This document shows, piece by piece, positions 38,007 to 48,287 of a stretch of DNA of 63,122 nt. A program made the translations under genes and the position numbers. How positions within the stretch are numbered: the first letter of the stretch is position 1; every line of letters begins with the position of its first letter. The notes below the pieces were generated by a model that searched no databases, was not told the DNA's origin, and worked only from the letters and a program-made list of their open reading frames with translations. Origin of the DNA: a virus (Duplodnaviria > Caudoviricetes); the IMG/VR virus record IMGVR_UViG_3300032516_005551, positions 1 through 63,122 of that record. One strand, 5' to 3'.

Positions 38007-38543
38007 ATGAAAGATGATATGGAAGTGGTTAAGGCCGTCGAAGATGCTCAAATCCCCCGGGGCAACACCATAACATTAAGCACAGGTGTTGTCCTGAGGG
38101 GGAAGCAGGTTCCCCCGCTGGTTCTTATCAAGATCATGGCGGCTTTCCCGAGACCCAAGATCCCAACCTGGATAAGTCCAACCATGGGACGGGAGATGGA
38201 AAATCCGGATGACCCTGATTACATAGACCGTGTAAAATCATGGAAGATAGAATCTGCCAGTATAACTTTGACCGCATTGATCCTTTTGGGAACAGAATTA
38301 GTCAGTATCCCCAAAAAGATTTCTGGGCCAGATGGGAAAGAATGGTTGGAAGAATATCAGGTGTTGGGAATACCGATGTCTCCAGAGAATAAGAATTGGC
38401 GATATCTGACCTGGATAACATTCAAAGCAGCGCCCACGGTCGGGGATCTCGATCTTATCAAGGAGGTGGTGGGCAGACTTTCCGGGATCTCGGAAGCCAA
38501 AGTCGAGGCCGCCGAACAGTTTCCTGGGAGTAAGCAGGAATGA
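38007..38543 (+). CDS. Tail assembly chaperone
   Basis: Between the tail tube and tape measure genes; ENPDDPDY motif; ends in TTT CCT, a slippery-site candidate. Confidence 0.7.
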   Translation: MKDDMEVVKAVEDAQIPRGNTITLSTGVVLRGKQVPPLVLIKIMAAFPRPKIPTWISPTMGREMENPDDPDYIDRVKSWKIESASITLTALILLGTELVSIPKKISGPDGKEWLEEYQVLGIPMSPENKNWRYLTWITFKAAPTVGDLDLIKEVVGRLSGISEAKVEAAEQFPGSKQE

Positions 38544-38802
38544 TGAGATAGAGACTCCTGCTACGAAACTAGAGTTAGAACACGGGATAAGCTCGAACCT
38601 TTGGATGAGATCGCTGGCTCCGGGGCTTATCCCGATTTATGAAGAGCATACGACCAGGATAGAACGGGGTATTGGCCTGAAAGATTGGGGCAATATGCCC
38701 GGGGACGAAAAAGCAATGCTTGTCGCCCTTAGACGAACCGCAATGGCTATGAAGAACTTGCAAGCCGAAGCAGAATTAAAAGAAAACAAGAAGGTTAAGT
38801 AG
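38521..38802 (+). CDS. Tail chaperone frameshift extension (+1 frame)
   Basis: The +1 frame is open from TTC at 38521 to the stop at 38802. Confidence 0.55.
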   Translation, partial: FLGVSRNDEIETPATKLELEHGISSNLWMRSLAPGLIPIYEEHTTRIERGIGLKDWGNMPGDEKAMLVALRRTAMAMKNLQAEAELKENKKVK

Positions 38803-38809
38803 GACGATT

Positions 38810-40996
38810 ATGCCTATTCCTGCCGCAATTGTAACCCTGATGTTCGTTGTTGAAGGCGTACTTGATTTTACCAAGGACGTTAATACAGTCCATGGATCGC
38901 TGGATAAACTTAGAGCTTCGCTTTCGGACAACATCTTTACAGATGCGGTCAAAGGGATAACCAATTCCTTTTCTGAATTTGGGGATAAACTGTGGGATAT
39001 TGCCTCTGTCGCCATCGGGGTATTGTTAAGGGACGCATTTAACTGGTTGTTGGAAACTCTAAAAGAAATCATAGCATCTGCTTTTGAGGCAGGTGCAGCA
39101 TTTCAATTGGTTGAAATGCGTTTGAAGGGATTGAATTTACAGGCTGCCATTGATTCCGGGTTAAGTTATGCCGATGCCATGAAAGCATCCATAGATGTAA
39201 CAAAAGAACAACTTGACTGGATCATGAAGTTGGCTGCAATTACCCCATATGATGCAGAGGATATTGCCAAAACCTTCACCATGGCAACTGCATTTGGATT
39301 CAATGCTACTGCTGCAAAAGAACTCACGGAAAGTATCCTTGACTTTACCGCTGCAATGGGGTTGGGAAGCCAGGAGCAACAACGAATTATCGTTAACTTT
39401 GGACAGATGATCCAGAGAGGAAAGATCACCACCCGGGAAATGAACGATCTGGCCAGGGGTTCGTTGCTTCCTCTGGCGGATGTATTGAAGCGCGTTGTAG
39501 AGAATTCAAAGGGAGCGTTTGCGAGTGTCGCAGATTTAACCGCAGCGATCTCGAAACCCGGCGGAGGAGTTGATCCACAATTATTCATAGATGCCTTCAA
39601 TGAAATGGTGAACAGCGAAGAGAGATTTTCTGGCGCGGCTGTTCGAATGGCTCATACGTTCGCTGGTTCCACGGAAAACATAAGACAATCTTTGAGAGAT
39701 GTGATTGGTTTCTTTATCCTTCTACCAGGGTTTCTGGATCCAGTTGGTCAGAGACTTGGCGATATCATGGATGAAGTGGGGAACAGATGGGGGGAAATAA
39801 TTGATGCTGCCGGACGGGTGGGTGCCGCGCTCGCCCCTATCATCAACGGAATTTTGGACTTATTTTTGCCAGGCGCCGGAACCATAGTAGACAGTGTGGT
39901 CGGCGGTTTGGATTCTATCGCTAATTGGTTGACAGATAATAAAGAAAACATTCTTGGATTCTTTCGCAGGGTTTCTGACTTCCTGTTTGGAACAGAAGCA
40001 GATGAGAGCGGTAATTTCGGAACAGTAGGAGCACTTCAGAGCATAAAGAATTGGATTGATGCAAACGGTCCACAGGTACTCGGATTCTTTACCGGGATAG
40101 GAACCACGATCCAAAAAAAGATCGTCGCGTTATGGGAAGAAAAATTAAAACCGGCATACGATGATCTTTCGAACTGGGTGACTGAAAATAAAGGGCCAAT
40201 TAATGAATTCTTCAGTGCTCTTGGAGATATCGTCTCGGATGTAATCAATGGGCTTCTGGGTATCAAAAGTGGTCATAGTCCAGCGACCATTCATGGCGTA
40301 TTGGACAAGATATTAGAGGTTATGAAATGGGTCACGGATAATAAAGAAAGCATCGCCAGTTTTGTTGAATCATGGGTAAGATTCTGGATTTTTGCCGAGT
40401 TGATAAAATTCCTCTTAAGCGAGATTCTGGGGTTTGTCGGAGCATTACTCGCTCTTGATGTAGGTGCATGGGGACTTCTCTGGTTAGGTATTAAAATGAC
40501 TTTTGGAATAATAAAGGAAACTGTTGCATTTATTTGGGAAACTATAAGCAAAATAATGGGGGCTAAAATGGGACCGTATTTTGGTGTTCCTATTCCGACC
40601 TGGGGACTACCAACTGTTCCTCCAGTGGTTACTCCTCCTCCGGCCACTCCTCCCGTAGTTAATCCTCCCGTAGTTAATCCTCCCGGGGTTAATCCTCCCG
40701 GGGTTACTCCAATGACTCCAATGACTCCTTTTGTTCCTCCAACAATTGTCCCTCAAGTTGCAATGGCAGAGGGACCTGGTATCCTGGACAACCTGAAAAC
40801 AATTGCTGATTATTTTACTGGAGATGAATTTCAACTAAGTATTTCGGTACCACAGAACGTCTCTGGTAATACAGTATCATCAGTAACATCTTCTACAACT
40901 AATGCAACCAGCAACTATAATTTGACTATCAACACCATGGCATCAAAAGAAAACATAATCCAGGATTATGCCTCGTTGAAGGCAATTGCTGTGTAA
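38810..40996 (+). CDS. Tape measure protein
   Basis: LAAITPY, FGQM..RGKIT.REMNDL tape-measure domain, Trp-spaced helical repeats, and a Pro-rich C-terminus. Confidence 0.85.
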   Translation: MPIPAAIVTLMFVVEGVLDFTKDVNTVHGSLDKLRASLSDNIFTDAVKGITNSFSEFGDKLWDIASVAIGVLLRDAFNWLLETLKEIIASAFEAGAAFQLVEMRLKGLNLQAAIDSGLSYADAMKASIDVTKEQLDWIMKLAAITPYDAEDIAKTFTMATAFGFNATAAKELTESILDFTAAMGLGSQEQQRIIVNFGQMIQRGKITTREMNDLARGSLLPLADVLKRVVENSKGAFASVADLTAAISKPGGGVDPQLFIDAFNEMVNSEERFSGAAVRMAHTFAGSTENIRQSLRDVIGFFILLPGFLDPVGQRLGDIMDEVGNRWGEIIDAAGRVGAALAPIINGILDLFLPGAGTIVDSVVGGLDSIANWLTDNKENILGFFRRVSDFLFGTEADESGNFGTVGALQSIKNWIDANGPQVLGFFTGIGTTIQKKIVALWEEKLKPAYDDLSNWVTENKGPINEFFSALGDIVSDVINGLLGIKSGHSPATIHGVLDKILEVMKWVTDNKESIASFVESWVRFWIFAELIKFLLSEILGFVGALLALDVGAWGLLWLGIKMTFGIIKETVAFIWETISKIMGAKMGPYFGVPIPTWGLPTVPPVVTPPPATPPVVNPPVVNPPGVNPPGVTPMTPMTPFVPPTIVPQVAMAEGPGILDNLKTIADYFTGDEFQLSISVPQNVSGNTVSSVTSSTTNATSNYNLTINTMASKENIIQDYASLKAIAV

Positions 40997-41004
40997 GGAG
41001 ATCC

Positions 41005-43470
41005 ATGACTGCTACCTTGAAAGTCCTGGTTCCCGAACCGGGCGTGAACTATATAATAAACCCGAGTTTCCGGCATGATACGACAGAATGGAGTCCGGTT
41101 TCCTGTACTGCTACGCGTGTGCTTGATTATGCTCTTTATGGTATATCATCCTGCAAAGTGGTTACAAATGGAGGGGCGGGAGCAACTCGACAGGGGATTT
41201 ACTACCGTGCCAACTCTCTATTGGGAATAAGCACCCCAGTTACCATGACCGCGTATGTACGCGGAAGTGGAAGAGTGCACATCAGGATGATAGAGGGACT
41301 TGGCAAGGAATGGGTCGGCGAGGGGACGACTTTATACCCAGATCGTTGGATAAGGTTGGAAGTTACAGGATACACAACCGGAAGCAATGATGTTCGCTTG
41401 TATGTTGAAACAGATGGGATTCAGGCAAATCCGATCACTTTTTGGATGACTGCTGCACAGAGGGAAAACAATTATTATTCTACGACATTCATTGATGGAG
41501 ATCAACCTGGATGTTTCTGGGCCATGGTCAATTCTGGTAGTATTTCAACAAGAAAAGCAAATGTTACTTTAGGTGGCAGGTGGGTTACTCTAGCCGGACC
41601 ATGCCGAGAGAATAATGATATTTACATAACCGTGCTTGGAGGTCTTGGAATGCCTCCCCTTCGACATAATATTCAATCCTGGGCCAGAACACCCGGTTCT
41701 TATTTTCAGAATACGAAGGTTTTGGATAGGGCTGTTACTATCGTATTCCATGCGAAAAATGAAGATATCCGCGTTTCCCGTAATCCTGATACAAGTCCAT
41801 TACAGATCTTGCGGCAACAACTAATCGATGTATTCAAACCCAATACTGCCATGGGGAACGATGCTCTTCTATTCTCATATCAAGATGGAGAAAGAGAGAT
41901 GTTCCTGCAAATGCGTTACGAAGCTGGTCTTGAAGGATCCTGGGATATTCGCAACAAATGGACGGATTCGATACCAGTACGTTTTCTGGTTGTAGATCCC
42001 ATGTTCTATGAGAACAATAAACATTCACAGGCATTGAATTTCAAGAGTGTTTTTCGAACTAATTCTATTATTGGCAGGGTGAATGGAGAATATAAAAATC
42101 TAAATTTTGGGATGTCCTCTGGTATAAGTAAGATGGCTATCGGTAAATCAGGATATTTGTATGCGGCTGGAGGTTATACGACGATCAACAATTCCGCTGG
42201 GGCAGTTGATCCTCGTGTACCCTGTAAGTATATTTCCTACTACGACGGAGAGAAATGGAACAAAATGGGAACCGGAGAGGGAGACGATCATGCTCACAAT
42301 CCGGCGATTGCTCCGAATGGTGATGTGTACGTGGTGGGCGCTTTCACATCTATTGGGGGTGTAGCAGCCAATAGAATAGCGAAGTGGAACGGTACGACCT
42401 GGAGCGCACTATCAACGGGTCTTGACGATACCGCTTACGGCATAAAAATTTCTTCCAACGGTGATGTATATGTTGGCGGAGATTTCCACACAGCAGGAGG
42501 AATCGCCTGCTGGCATATTGCAAGATGGGATGGACTTTCTTGGAATCCGATCGGGGCTTATGCGGGATTAAATAATATTGTAAGATCAATTGCAATCAGT
42601 CCCAATGGCGAGGATATATATGTAACCGGTGCTTTTAACGATCAATATTCTCTGTCTGGATCAGCTCTTTTGTGTGTTGCTAAATATAGTCGATCAACAA
42701 ACCTTTTCTCTGCCATGGGAAATGGATTTGATAATTACGGTAACATAATTAAATTGGCACCATCTGGTGCTTTATACGTAGGAGGAGATTTTGATCTTTC
42801 TGGAACAATAACAGTAAATCGTATTGCCAAGTGGAATGGAAGTTCATGGATCGGTATGGGAGAAGGTCTTTCAGGAGGGGTTGTATATTCATTAGGTATA
42901 TCAGAGAATGAAAACATTGTTGCCGTTGGAACATTTACTTCTTCCGGAGATATAAATTGTAATAAAATAGCCTTTTGGAATGGTAGTTCGTGGTCAAACC
43001 TTGATTTTGCCTTTTCTGATTCTGCCTATTATATTCTTGATGTGGTCATTATTGGAGAGGATATGTATCTGAGTGGTAATTGGTACGGATACCATTTATC
43101 TTCTTCAATAAATACGATTACTAATTATGGAACAGCCGAGGCGTTTCCTGTCATTTATATATTCGGTCCGGGTAATTTGCGCTGGATAGAGAATCAGACA
43201 ACCGAAAAACGAATATTTATGGATTTGACAATTCTTGATGATGAAGAAATATTAATTGATTTTGGTAAGAAAACTATTGTAAGCACAATTCGCGGAGATC
43301 TAATTTATTCCATTCTCCCAGGATCAGATTTTGGAGATTTCTCTCTCACCCCCGGCGATAATAAACTGGCTGTGTTTATGACCGATGATGTCCAGTCGCT
43401 CATGTATATTTATCATCAGCCACAACACTGGTCGGCCAGCGCAAGTGTAAACCCACAGGCGTTGTCATGA
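41005..43470 (+). CDS. Distal tail (Dit)-like protein with CBM-like N-domain and beta-propeller insertion
   Basis: NYIINPSF CBM-like start; GLGMPP and DPMFY Dit motifs; IAKWNG..W..LG repeats; LTPGDN end. Confidence 0.7.
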   Translation: MTATLKVLVPEPGVNYIINPSFRHDTTEWSPVSCTATRVLDYALYGISSCKVVTNGGAGATRQGIYYRANSLLGISTPVTMTAYVRGSGRVHIRMIEGLGKEWVGEGTTLYPDRWIRLEVTGYTTGSNDVRLYVETDGIQANPITFWMTAAQRENNYYSTTFIDGDQPGCFWAMVNSGSISTRKANVTLGGRWVTLAGPCRENNDIYITVLGGLGMPPLRHNIQSWARTPGSYFQNTKVLDRAVTIVFHAKNEDIRVSRNPDTSPLQILRQQLIDVFKPNTAMGNDALLFSYQDGEREMFLQMRYEAGLEGSWDIRNKWTDSIPVRFLVVDPMFYENNKHSQALNFKSVFRTNSIIGRVNGEYKNLNFGMSSGISKMAIGKSGYLYAAGGYTTINNSAGAVDPRVPCKYISYYDGEKWNKMGTGEGDDHAHNPAIAPNGDVYVVGAFTSIGGVAANRIAKWNGTTWSALSTGLDDTAYGIKISSNGDVYVGGDFHTAGGIACWHIARWDGLSWNPIGAYAGLNNIVRSIAISPNGEDIYVTGAFNDQYSLSGSALLCVAKYSRSTNLFSAMGNGFDNYGNIIKLAPSGALYVGGDFDLSGTITVNRIAKWNGSSWIGMGEGLSGGVVYSLGISENENIVAVGTFTSSGDINCNKIAFWNGSSWSNLDFAFSDSAYYILDVVIIGEDMYLSGNWYGYHLSSSINTITNYGTAEAFPVIYIFGPGNLRWIENQTTEKRIFMDLTILDDEEILIDFGKKTIVSTIRGDLIYSILPGSDFGDFSLTPGDNKLAVFMTDDVQSLMYIYHQPQHWSASASVNPQALS

Positions 43471-44594
43471 GTGCTTCCTATGAATTTTGGCTTACTGATG
43501 ATGCTGGAATAAGAATAACTCTTCTGAAGAACTATTCCTATGCGAGTTATTCAAGATCAACGCGCGGGTATGGAATAATTCAATTAGGTATTCCATTGGA
43601 GGAATACCTTGCTTTTGTGCCGGTACTATTTCAACCCGATTGGCGCATTGATGTATATAGAAGTCCCGAACAGGGAATTCCCAAGCGGAGAGAAGGTTCT
43701 TATTTCCTCCGGAAATTCCGTATTTATGACAGGGAAACAGACGCTGTAAGAATGATACAGTTCTTTGGGCGCTCCCCCATTGATATCTTAAGAAGATGGA
43801 GCGTGTGTTTAGATTTTGGGGGAAGCCCACATGTTGTAACGGATTACAAGACAACAGATTACATTGATGATATGATGAAATCACTCGTCAATCGTCTTTT
43901 CATTACCGGAGGAAATGTCGCTCCTGCTGGAGAATTCTCGGTGGATGGTGATACAAGTTTGGGGCCGATTATTACTCGTTCATATCTTGGGAAGAACATT
44001 CTTGATGTTCTGACTGACCTAAAAGCAACATCTTTTAGTCTCAACCAGGAAGACTCAACCAATCGAAAGATATATTTTGACTGTGTTGAAGGACCAGGCA
44101 AGGTCAACGGATTCGGATATATCTTCAGGACATTCGCGAATATCAGAGGAGTGGATCGGACAAAATCATTAGTGTTCTCAATGGAAAACGGGAATATGAG
44201 AACCCCGGAATACTATGAGGACTATCTTGATCAGTCGACAATAGTTCAGGTTGGTACGACAACAGTGACCAGTCCCGATTCTACTCTTTCTCGTTGGAAT
44301 AATATATTGAAATATAAGAACCATAATCCTACCGATACCGGGGACGAAACGTCTATGGCAAACCAGATCTTGAATGAAGAAAAGAAAGACATTTCCATGG
44401 GTGCTTATTTTCTGAGCAATTCTGGATCATCTAACCAACCACGATCTCTATACGGAGTAGACTGGGACCTTGGGGATCTTCTGCCTGTTAATTATGCGGG
44501 TAAAAACATGAATGTTGAAGTTGAAATCGTGTGGGTGTCTATAGATGAGATTGGACGAGAAAATATTGTTGGGTCCAACAGGGTAGGTGTTTAA
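43467..44594 (+). CDS. Minor tail/hub protein (Gp37-like)
   Basis: Follows Dit; contains GVDRT..LVFS.ENGN and YGVDWDLGDL. Confidence 0.7.
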   Translation: MSASYEFWLTDDAGIRITLLKNYSYASYSRSTRGYGIIQLGIPLEEYLAFVPVLFQPDWRIDVYRSPEQGIPKRREGSYFLRKFRIYDRETDAVRMIQFFGRSPIDILRRWSVCLDFGGSPHVVTDYKTTDYIDDMMKSLVNRLFITGGNVAPAGEFSVDGDTSLGPIITRSYLGKNILDVLTDLKATSFSLNQEDSTNRKIYFDCVEGPGKVNGFGYIFRTFANIRGVDRTKSLVFSMENGNMRTPEYYEDYLDQSTIVQVGTTTVTSPDSTLSRWNNILKYKNHNPTDTGDETSMANQILNEEKKDISMGAYFLSNSGSSNQPRSLYGVDWDLGDLLPVNYAGKNMNVEVEIVWVSIDEIGRENIVGSNRVGV

Positions 44595-45082
44595 TGGAAA
44601 ATACGAACTCTTCGGGAATGGATGATTTCATTCACAACGGCTCAATGACCGATACCGCTAGAGAAATAAATAGACTTAAAAAGCAGGTAAGAGACCTGTC
44701 TACATCCCCTATAAATGGTTTTGTTCAGCTTTCCACAAATTTAATTAGCACAAACTTTAATGGTGATGCGTTCCCTACCACCGCAAAAACCTTGATTGAT
44801 CTAAGTGTAGAATTCGGTGTTCCTCCTGGAGCAAAGGCGGTTACTGTCCGTATAGCTGCAAAAGACACAGGTAGCGCCGCTGGATTGCCACACTTTTATG
44901 TTTCCCCTAATAATGTAGCATTATCTTGTGCCGTAATATGCAGGCTGGATGGACAGGCTGATGGTTTATGGGTCGAGGCAAATGGTATTTGCCCATGTGA
45001 TGAAAACGGCGATATTTATTATTCCTGTACTGCGACGGGTACTTTGAACGTCTGGTTACAAATTACGGGTTACTTTATATAA
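44594..45082 (+). CDS. Putative tail tip protein
   Basis: Short coiled coil, then GVPPGAKAV and a C-terminal ITGYF beta domain. Confidence 0.55.
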   Translation: MENTNSSGMDDFIHNGSMTDTAREINRLKKQVRDLSTSPINGFVQLSTNLISTNFNGDAFPTTAKTLIDLSVEFGVPPGAKAVTVRIAAKDTGSAAGLPHFYVSPNNVALSCAVICRLDGQADGLWVEANGICPCDENGDIYYSCTATGTLNVWLQITGYFI

Positions 45083-45111
45083 GGGTATAATTGAGAACCA
45101 GGAGTAATAGA

Positions 45112-46650
45112 ATGAAGATAAACGGCCCGCTGGTAATTGACGTTTCCAAATGGGACGACCACTTAAACACCCAAGAGCTGATTGACGGCGGGGTGGTCAG
45201 CGTCATCCTTGGGCTTTACAAGATCCCCGGCACAACCACGTTGGATGCGAACTGTCAACGGATGATAGATCAAATCTCCGCCAGTTCGCTCATCCTGCAA
45301 ACGTACCGTTATTATTATCCTGAGGTTGACCCGATTGCGGACTGTGACTGGTTCGTGAATGCGATGGCAGGCTACCCGGTAAAATGCGCCTGGGCAGACC
45401 TGGAGGACCATAGCGCGATAATGAATACCACGCGCCGGGCGGACCAGAACAGATTATTCGCAGAACATCTGAAAGCCCATTTCCCCTCGATGGGCGTTTA
45501 CACTGCGAAATGGTATGTTGATACCTATGCTCCGAAGATGAACAACTGGCTGGGGCTGTATCCTGCCTGGATCGCGGCCTACTGGCTCCCGGCTGGTAGC
45601 GAGATGATCGAGTGGGATGCTTTCAAAGCGACGCAGCTTCCAACCCGTGATTTCTACCCTGCGGCAGGGCAGACCAATCCGGTCGGGCACCAGTTCACGG
45701 GTGACAGATTCCGACTGCCGGGCGTGTATGCTACGTTCTACGGCACCACCACGGCGCTCTACAAGGGTAGAATGAAACTCGACGTCAGTGTATTCAAGCC
45801 GGAGTTCATGGCGGCTCTTGGCGCTCCGCCGGTGGTTGTCCCACCGCCCGTTGTTCCCCCTGTAATCATTCCGCCAGTACAAGGAGAATTTATGAATATC
45901 CTGCCCGTTGTAGACAGGTCTCAAATCGGCCCAGGAGCCGACGAACACCACAACGACTGCGGCCCTGCCAGTGACGCAATGTTGCTGCGCACGTACAACC
46001 TTGCCATGCAGGTGACAGTAGATGAGCTGTATAATCAGCTCGTTCCGGCTGGCGATGTTCCAATCAGCGCATCCGCCCTGATGCGGCAGATGACATCGTA
46101 TGGCCTCAAAACAACCTGGTACATCGAGACTAAGACTGACCAGGTGTATGGGTACCTGCGAGCGCGCCGCCCCGTGTTGGCCTTAGTCCACTACGGGACT
46201 TTGGTGGACGCTGGTTTTACTCAGTTTACAAGTTTCAGAGCGGGGCATTTCCTGGTCATCACAGGGATTGACCTTGACAATTATTTTGTCAGTGACCCGT
46301 ACCGGTCGGATGGTAAGTACGATGTCGCCATCCCAATTGCTGTGTTTGAGAAGGCCTGGAAGGACTGCACCATTGACGGCAATCCCGTCGGGGGCTGCAT
46401 TGTGCCTATCCTCCCCATTCAAGACCTGGCTATACCGCCGGTTCCAGTTAGCGATGTGTATGCGATTATCCCCTCTGTCCAGGCAATCAATGTCCGTGCA
46501 GAACCTTACCAACTCGCCGACCATGTACGAACCATCTTCAAATCTGACGAGCCCACCGTCAGGGTCCAGGCAGAGACACTCACCAACGGCTATGTCAGAT
46601 TATCCGACCTGACTGGTTGGGTGTGGTTCGCATATCTCAAAAAAGTATAG
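45112..46650 (+). CDS. Endolysin: GH25 muramidase + Pro linker + C39-like peptidase + SH3-like domain
   Basis: IDVSKW, WADLE and WIAAY (GH25); NDCGPA, GHFLV and DP (C39); INVRAEP..GWV (SH3b-like). Confidence 0.8.
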   Translation: MKINGPLVIDVSKWDDHLNTQELIDGGVVSVILGLYKIPGTTTLDANCQRMIDQISASSLILQTYRYYYPEVDPIADCDWFVNAMAGYPVKCAWADLEDHSAIMNTTRRADQNRLFAEHLKAHFPSMGVYTAKWYVDTYAPKMNNWLGLYPAWIAAYWLPAGSEMIEWDAFKATQLPTRDFYPAAGQTNPVGHQFTGDRFRLPGVYATFYGTTTALYKGRMKLDVSVFKPEFMAALGAPPVVVPPPVVPPVIIPPVQGEFMNILPVVDRSQIGPGADEHHNDCGPASDAMLLRTYNLAMQVTVDELYNQLVPAGDVPISASALMRQMTSYGLKTTWYIETKTDQVYGYLRARRPVLALVHYGTLVDAGFTQFTSFRAGHFLVITGIDLDNYFVSDPYRSDGKYDVAIPIAVFEKAWKDCTIDGNPVGGCIVPILPIQDLAIPPVPVSDVYAIIPSVQAINVRAEPYQLADHVRTIFKSDEPTVRVQAETLTNGYVRLSDLTGWVWFAYLKKV

Positions 46651-46658
46651 GAGCTGAC

Positions 46659-46982
46659 ATGGCAACAATTTCACAAAAACTATTGGATGAACTGGCCGAG
46701 GTGATCCCGGCTCTGGCAATCCACATCGCAGGAGACGAGGATTTGAGAAGCAAAATGGCGGCCATGTATAAGATTCTTGTCACGGGCAATGGTTCACCGC
46801 CGCTCCCGGAGATAGTGCGCATTCACTCAGCATGGATAACTGCGCACGATGCAATTAACCAGGATATACTCAATCAAAAATCTGAATTGGATAAGGAGGC
46901 CCGCCTATTCAAAAAGCAAATACTAATATTATTCATCGGGCAAGTGATTACACTGGCAGTCGTTTTACTTAACCTTAAATAG
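46659..46982 (+). CDS. Small membrane protein (holin/hemolysin-like)
   Basis: Coiled region plus a C-terminal hydrophobic helix, adjacent to the endolysin. Confidence 0.5.
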   Translation: MATISQKLLDELAEVIPALAIHIAGDEDLRSKMAAMYKILVTGNGSPPLPEIVRIHSAWITAHDAINQDILNQKSELDKEARLFKKQILILFIGQVITLAVVLLNLK

Positions 46983-47025
46983 AGTATAATATATATATTC
47001 GATCTAATGGAAAAGGAGAGATAAC

Positions 47026-47385
47026 ATGTTAAAAAGTGTTTTAGGTTCATCTCGTTTCTGGGCGGCACTCCTGGCAATCGTTTTTGTTCTTATGTCAGCA
47101 TACGTTCCAAGCGTTGCGGCAAAATTGAGCGAAGGAGATGTTGTTGCCGGTGTCGTGGCGCTTGCCGCCTTCATCCTGGCCGAATCAGCAGTTGGAGCTG
47201 GAGTCGGTTGGGCGATACTTGCAAAACCGCGTTTCTGGGCGGTTGTCGTCTCATTCGCTTTTATATTCGTGAGGGCGTTTGTCCCAGGGTTCATCCTGAG
47301 CGAATCCCAGATCCAGGAATTGATCACAGCGATCGGTGCTGCCAGCGTTGGGATATCATACCGGCCTATCGGCACATCCCGATAA
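47026..47385 (+). CDS. Putative holin (4 TM, internal duplication)
   Basis: SRFWAAL and PRFWAVV half-repeats; hydrophobic; AAGGAG RBS. Confidence 0.65.
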   Translation: MLKSVLGSSRFWAALLAIVFVLMSAYVPSVAAKLSEGDVVAGVVALAAFILAESAVGAGVGWAILAKPRFWAVVVSFAFIFVRAFVPGFILSESQIQELITAIGAASVGISYRPIGTSR

Positions 47386-47405
47386 TAATAACTGGAAGAA
47401 GACAA

Positions 47406-47429
47406 CCTCCCCGTTTAATAACGGGGAGG
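47406..47429. terminator. Hairpin between the convergent genome arms
   Basis: CCTCCCCGTT-TAAT-AACGGGGAGG; also contains the CCGTT-N4-AACGG palindrome. Confidence 0.7.
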
Positions 47430-47723
47430 CTTTATTTCCTGCCTGTTTTCAATTGACCATTTTAAGAGGGGCGGGGGCATTTCTTGAATCTTGTCTGTAG
47501 CCAGATGTTCGTTGATCGATCTCTTCCCCAGTAATTTCTTACGGATGGATGGGTTGCGGGGCAATCTTCCATTTACCGCATAATCCCATACATATCTGAA
47601 ATTCAACTTCATTTCATTGGCTAACTCCTGCCATGAACCCATTCGTTTATGGGCACTTATCAGCCTTTTTCTACTATCAGAAACGCCCCCTATGCTTATA
47701 TCAAATACTGGTGCAGCTCTCAT
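47415..47723 (-). CDS. Hypothetical protein, HTH-like
   Basis: SWQELANEMKLNFRYVW helix-turn-helix-like segment. Confidence 0.5.
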   Translation of the reverse strand: MRAAPVFDISIGGVSDSRKRLISAHKRMGSWQELANEMKLNFRYVWDYAVNGRLPRNPSIRKKLLGKRSINEHLATDKIQEMPPPLLKWSIENRQEIKPPRY

Positions 47724-47942
47724 TGTAGGGCTTCCTGTTCGCTATTACGGTGCGTAAGGTACGGTTTTACTAAAACAGACTCTATTTTTCGTCCTGGGGC
47801 TTTGTAGCGTTTTCGATAACAACTTTCACGATATGGTCATTGTGACGGACGATCGTGACTTGTTTATCGTCATCCAGGATAGGGGATAGGATCCACATGA
47901 CTAATCGAAGTCGGATATCAGTAAGCGTCATGTCAGTAAGCG

Positions 47943-48287
47943 TCATATCAGTACCAACTGCTTCTCGTACGGTTTCCCATCGATGTAGATGCGTATCCCG
48001 TCCAGATCCAGGTAGCTGCCTGCGTTGCGCTCCAGCTCCGTCTTGGTGATGTAATACGGGTCGGCAACGTGATCGTCAACGATCATTACCCGGCGGCCGG
48101 CGTGCAGATTATTGACACGATCTGGGTGCGGTTTGTGTTCCAGTTTATACACTGGCGGTTTTGGGATTGTCAATCGTTTATCCCGCTTACGATCATTATG
48201 GGCGGTATCCATGCAAGTCGTGGAGCAGTATTTTGACTGGTCGCGGCGCGGTTTCGGGCAGCTTGGATTTGCGCAGGGGATGATCAT
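47943..48287 (-). CDS. Zinc-binding hypothetical protein
   Basis: C..PSC...KYCSTTC motif. Confidence 0.5.
   Translation of the reverse strand: MIIPCANPSCPKPRRDQSKYCSTTCMDTAHNDRKRDKRLTIPKPPVYKLEHKPHPDRVNNLHAGRRVMIVDDHVADPYYITKTELERNAGSYLDLDGIRIYIDGKPYEKQLVLI

Noticed and set aside
41005-45082. Diversity-generating retroelement targeting tail genes
   Set aside because: No reverse transcriptase and no adenine-specific TR/VR pair were seen; the 116-bp repeat pair elsewhere differs at mixed bases.
47915-47950. 15-bp tandem duplication
   Set aside because: Only two copies within a small ORF; an ordinary slippage duplication.
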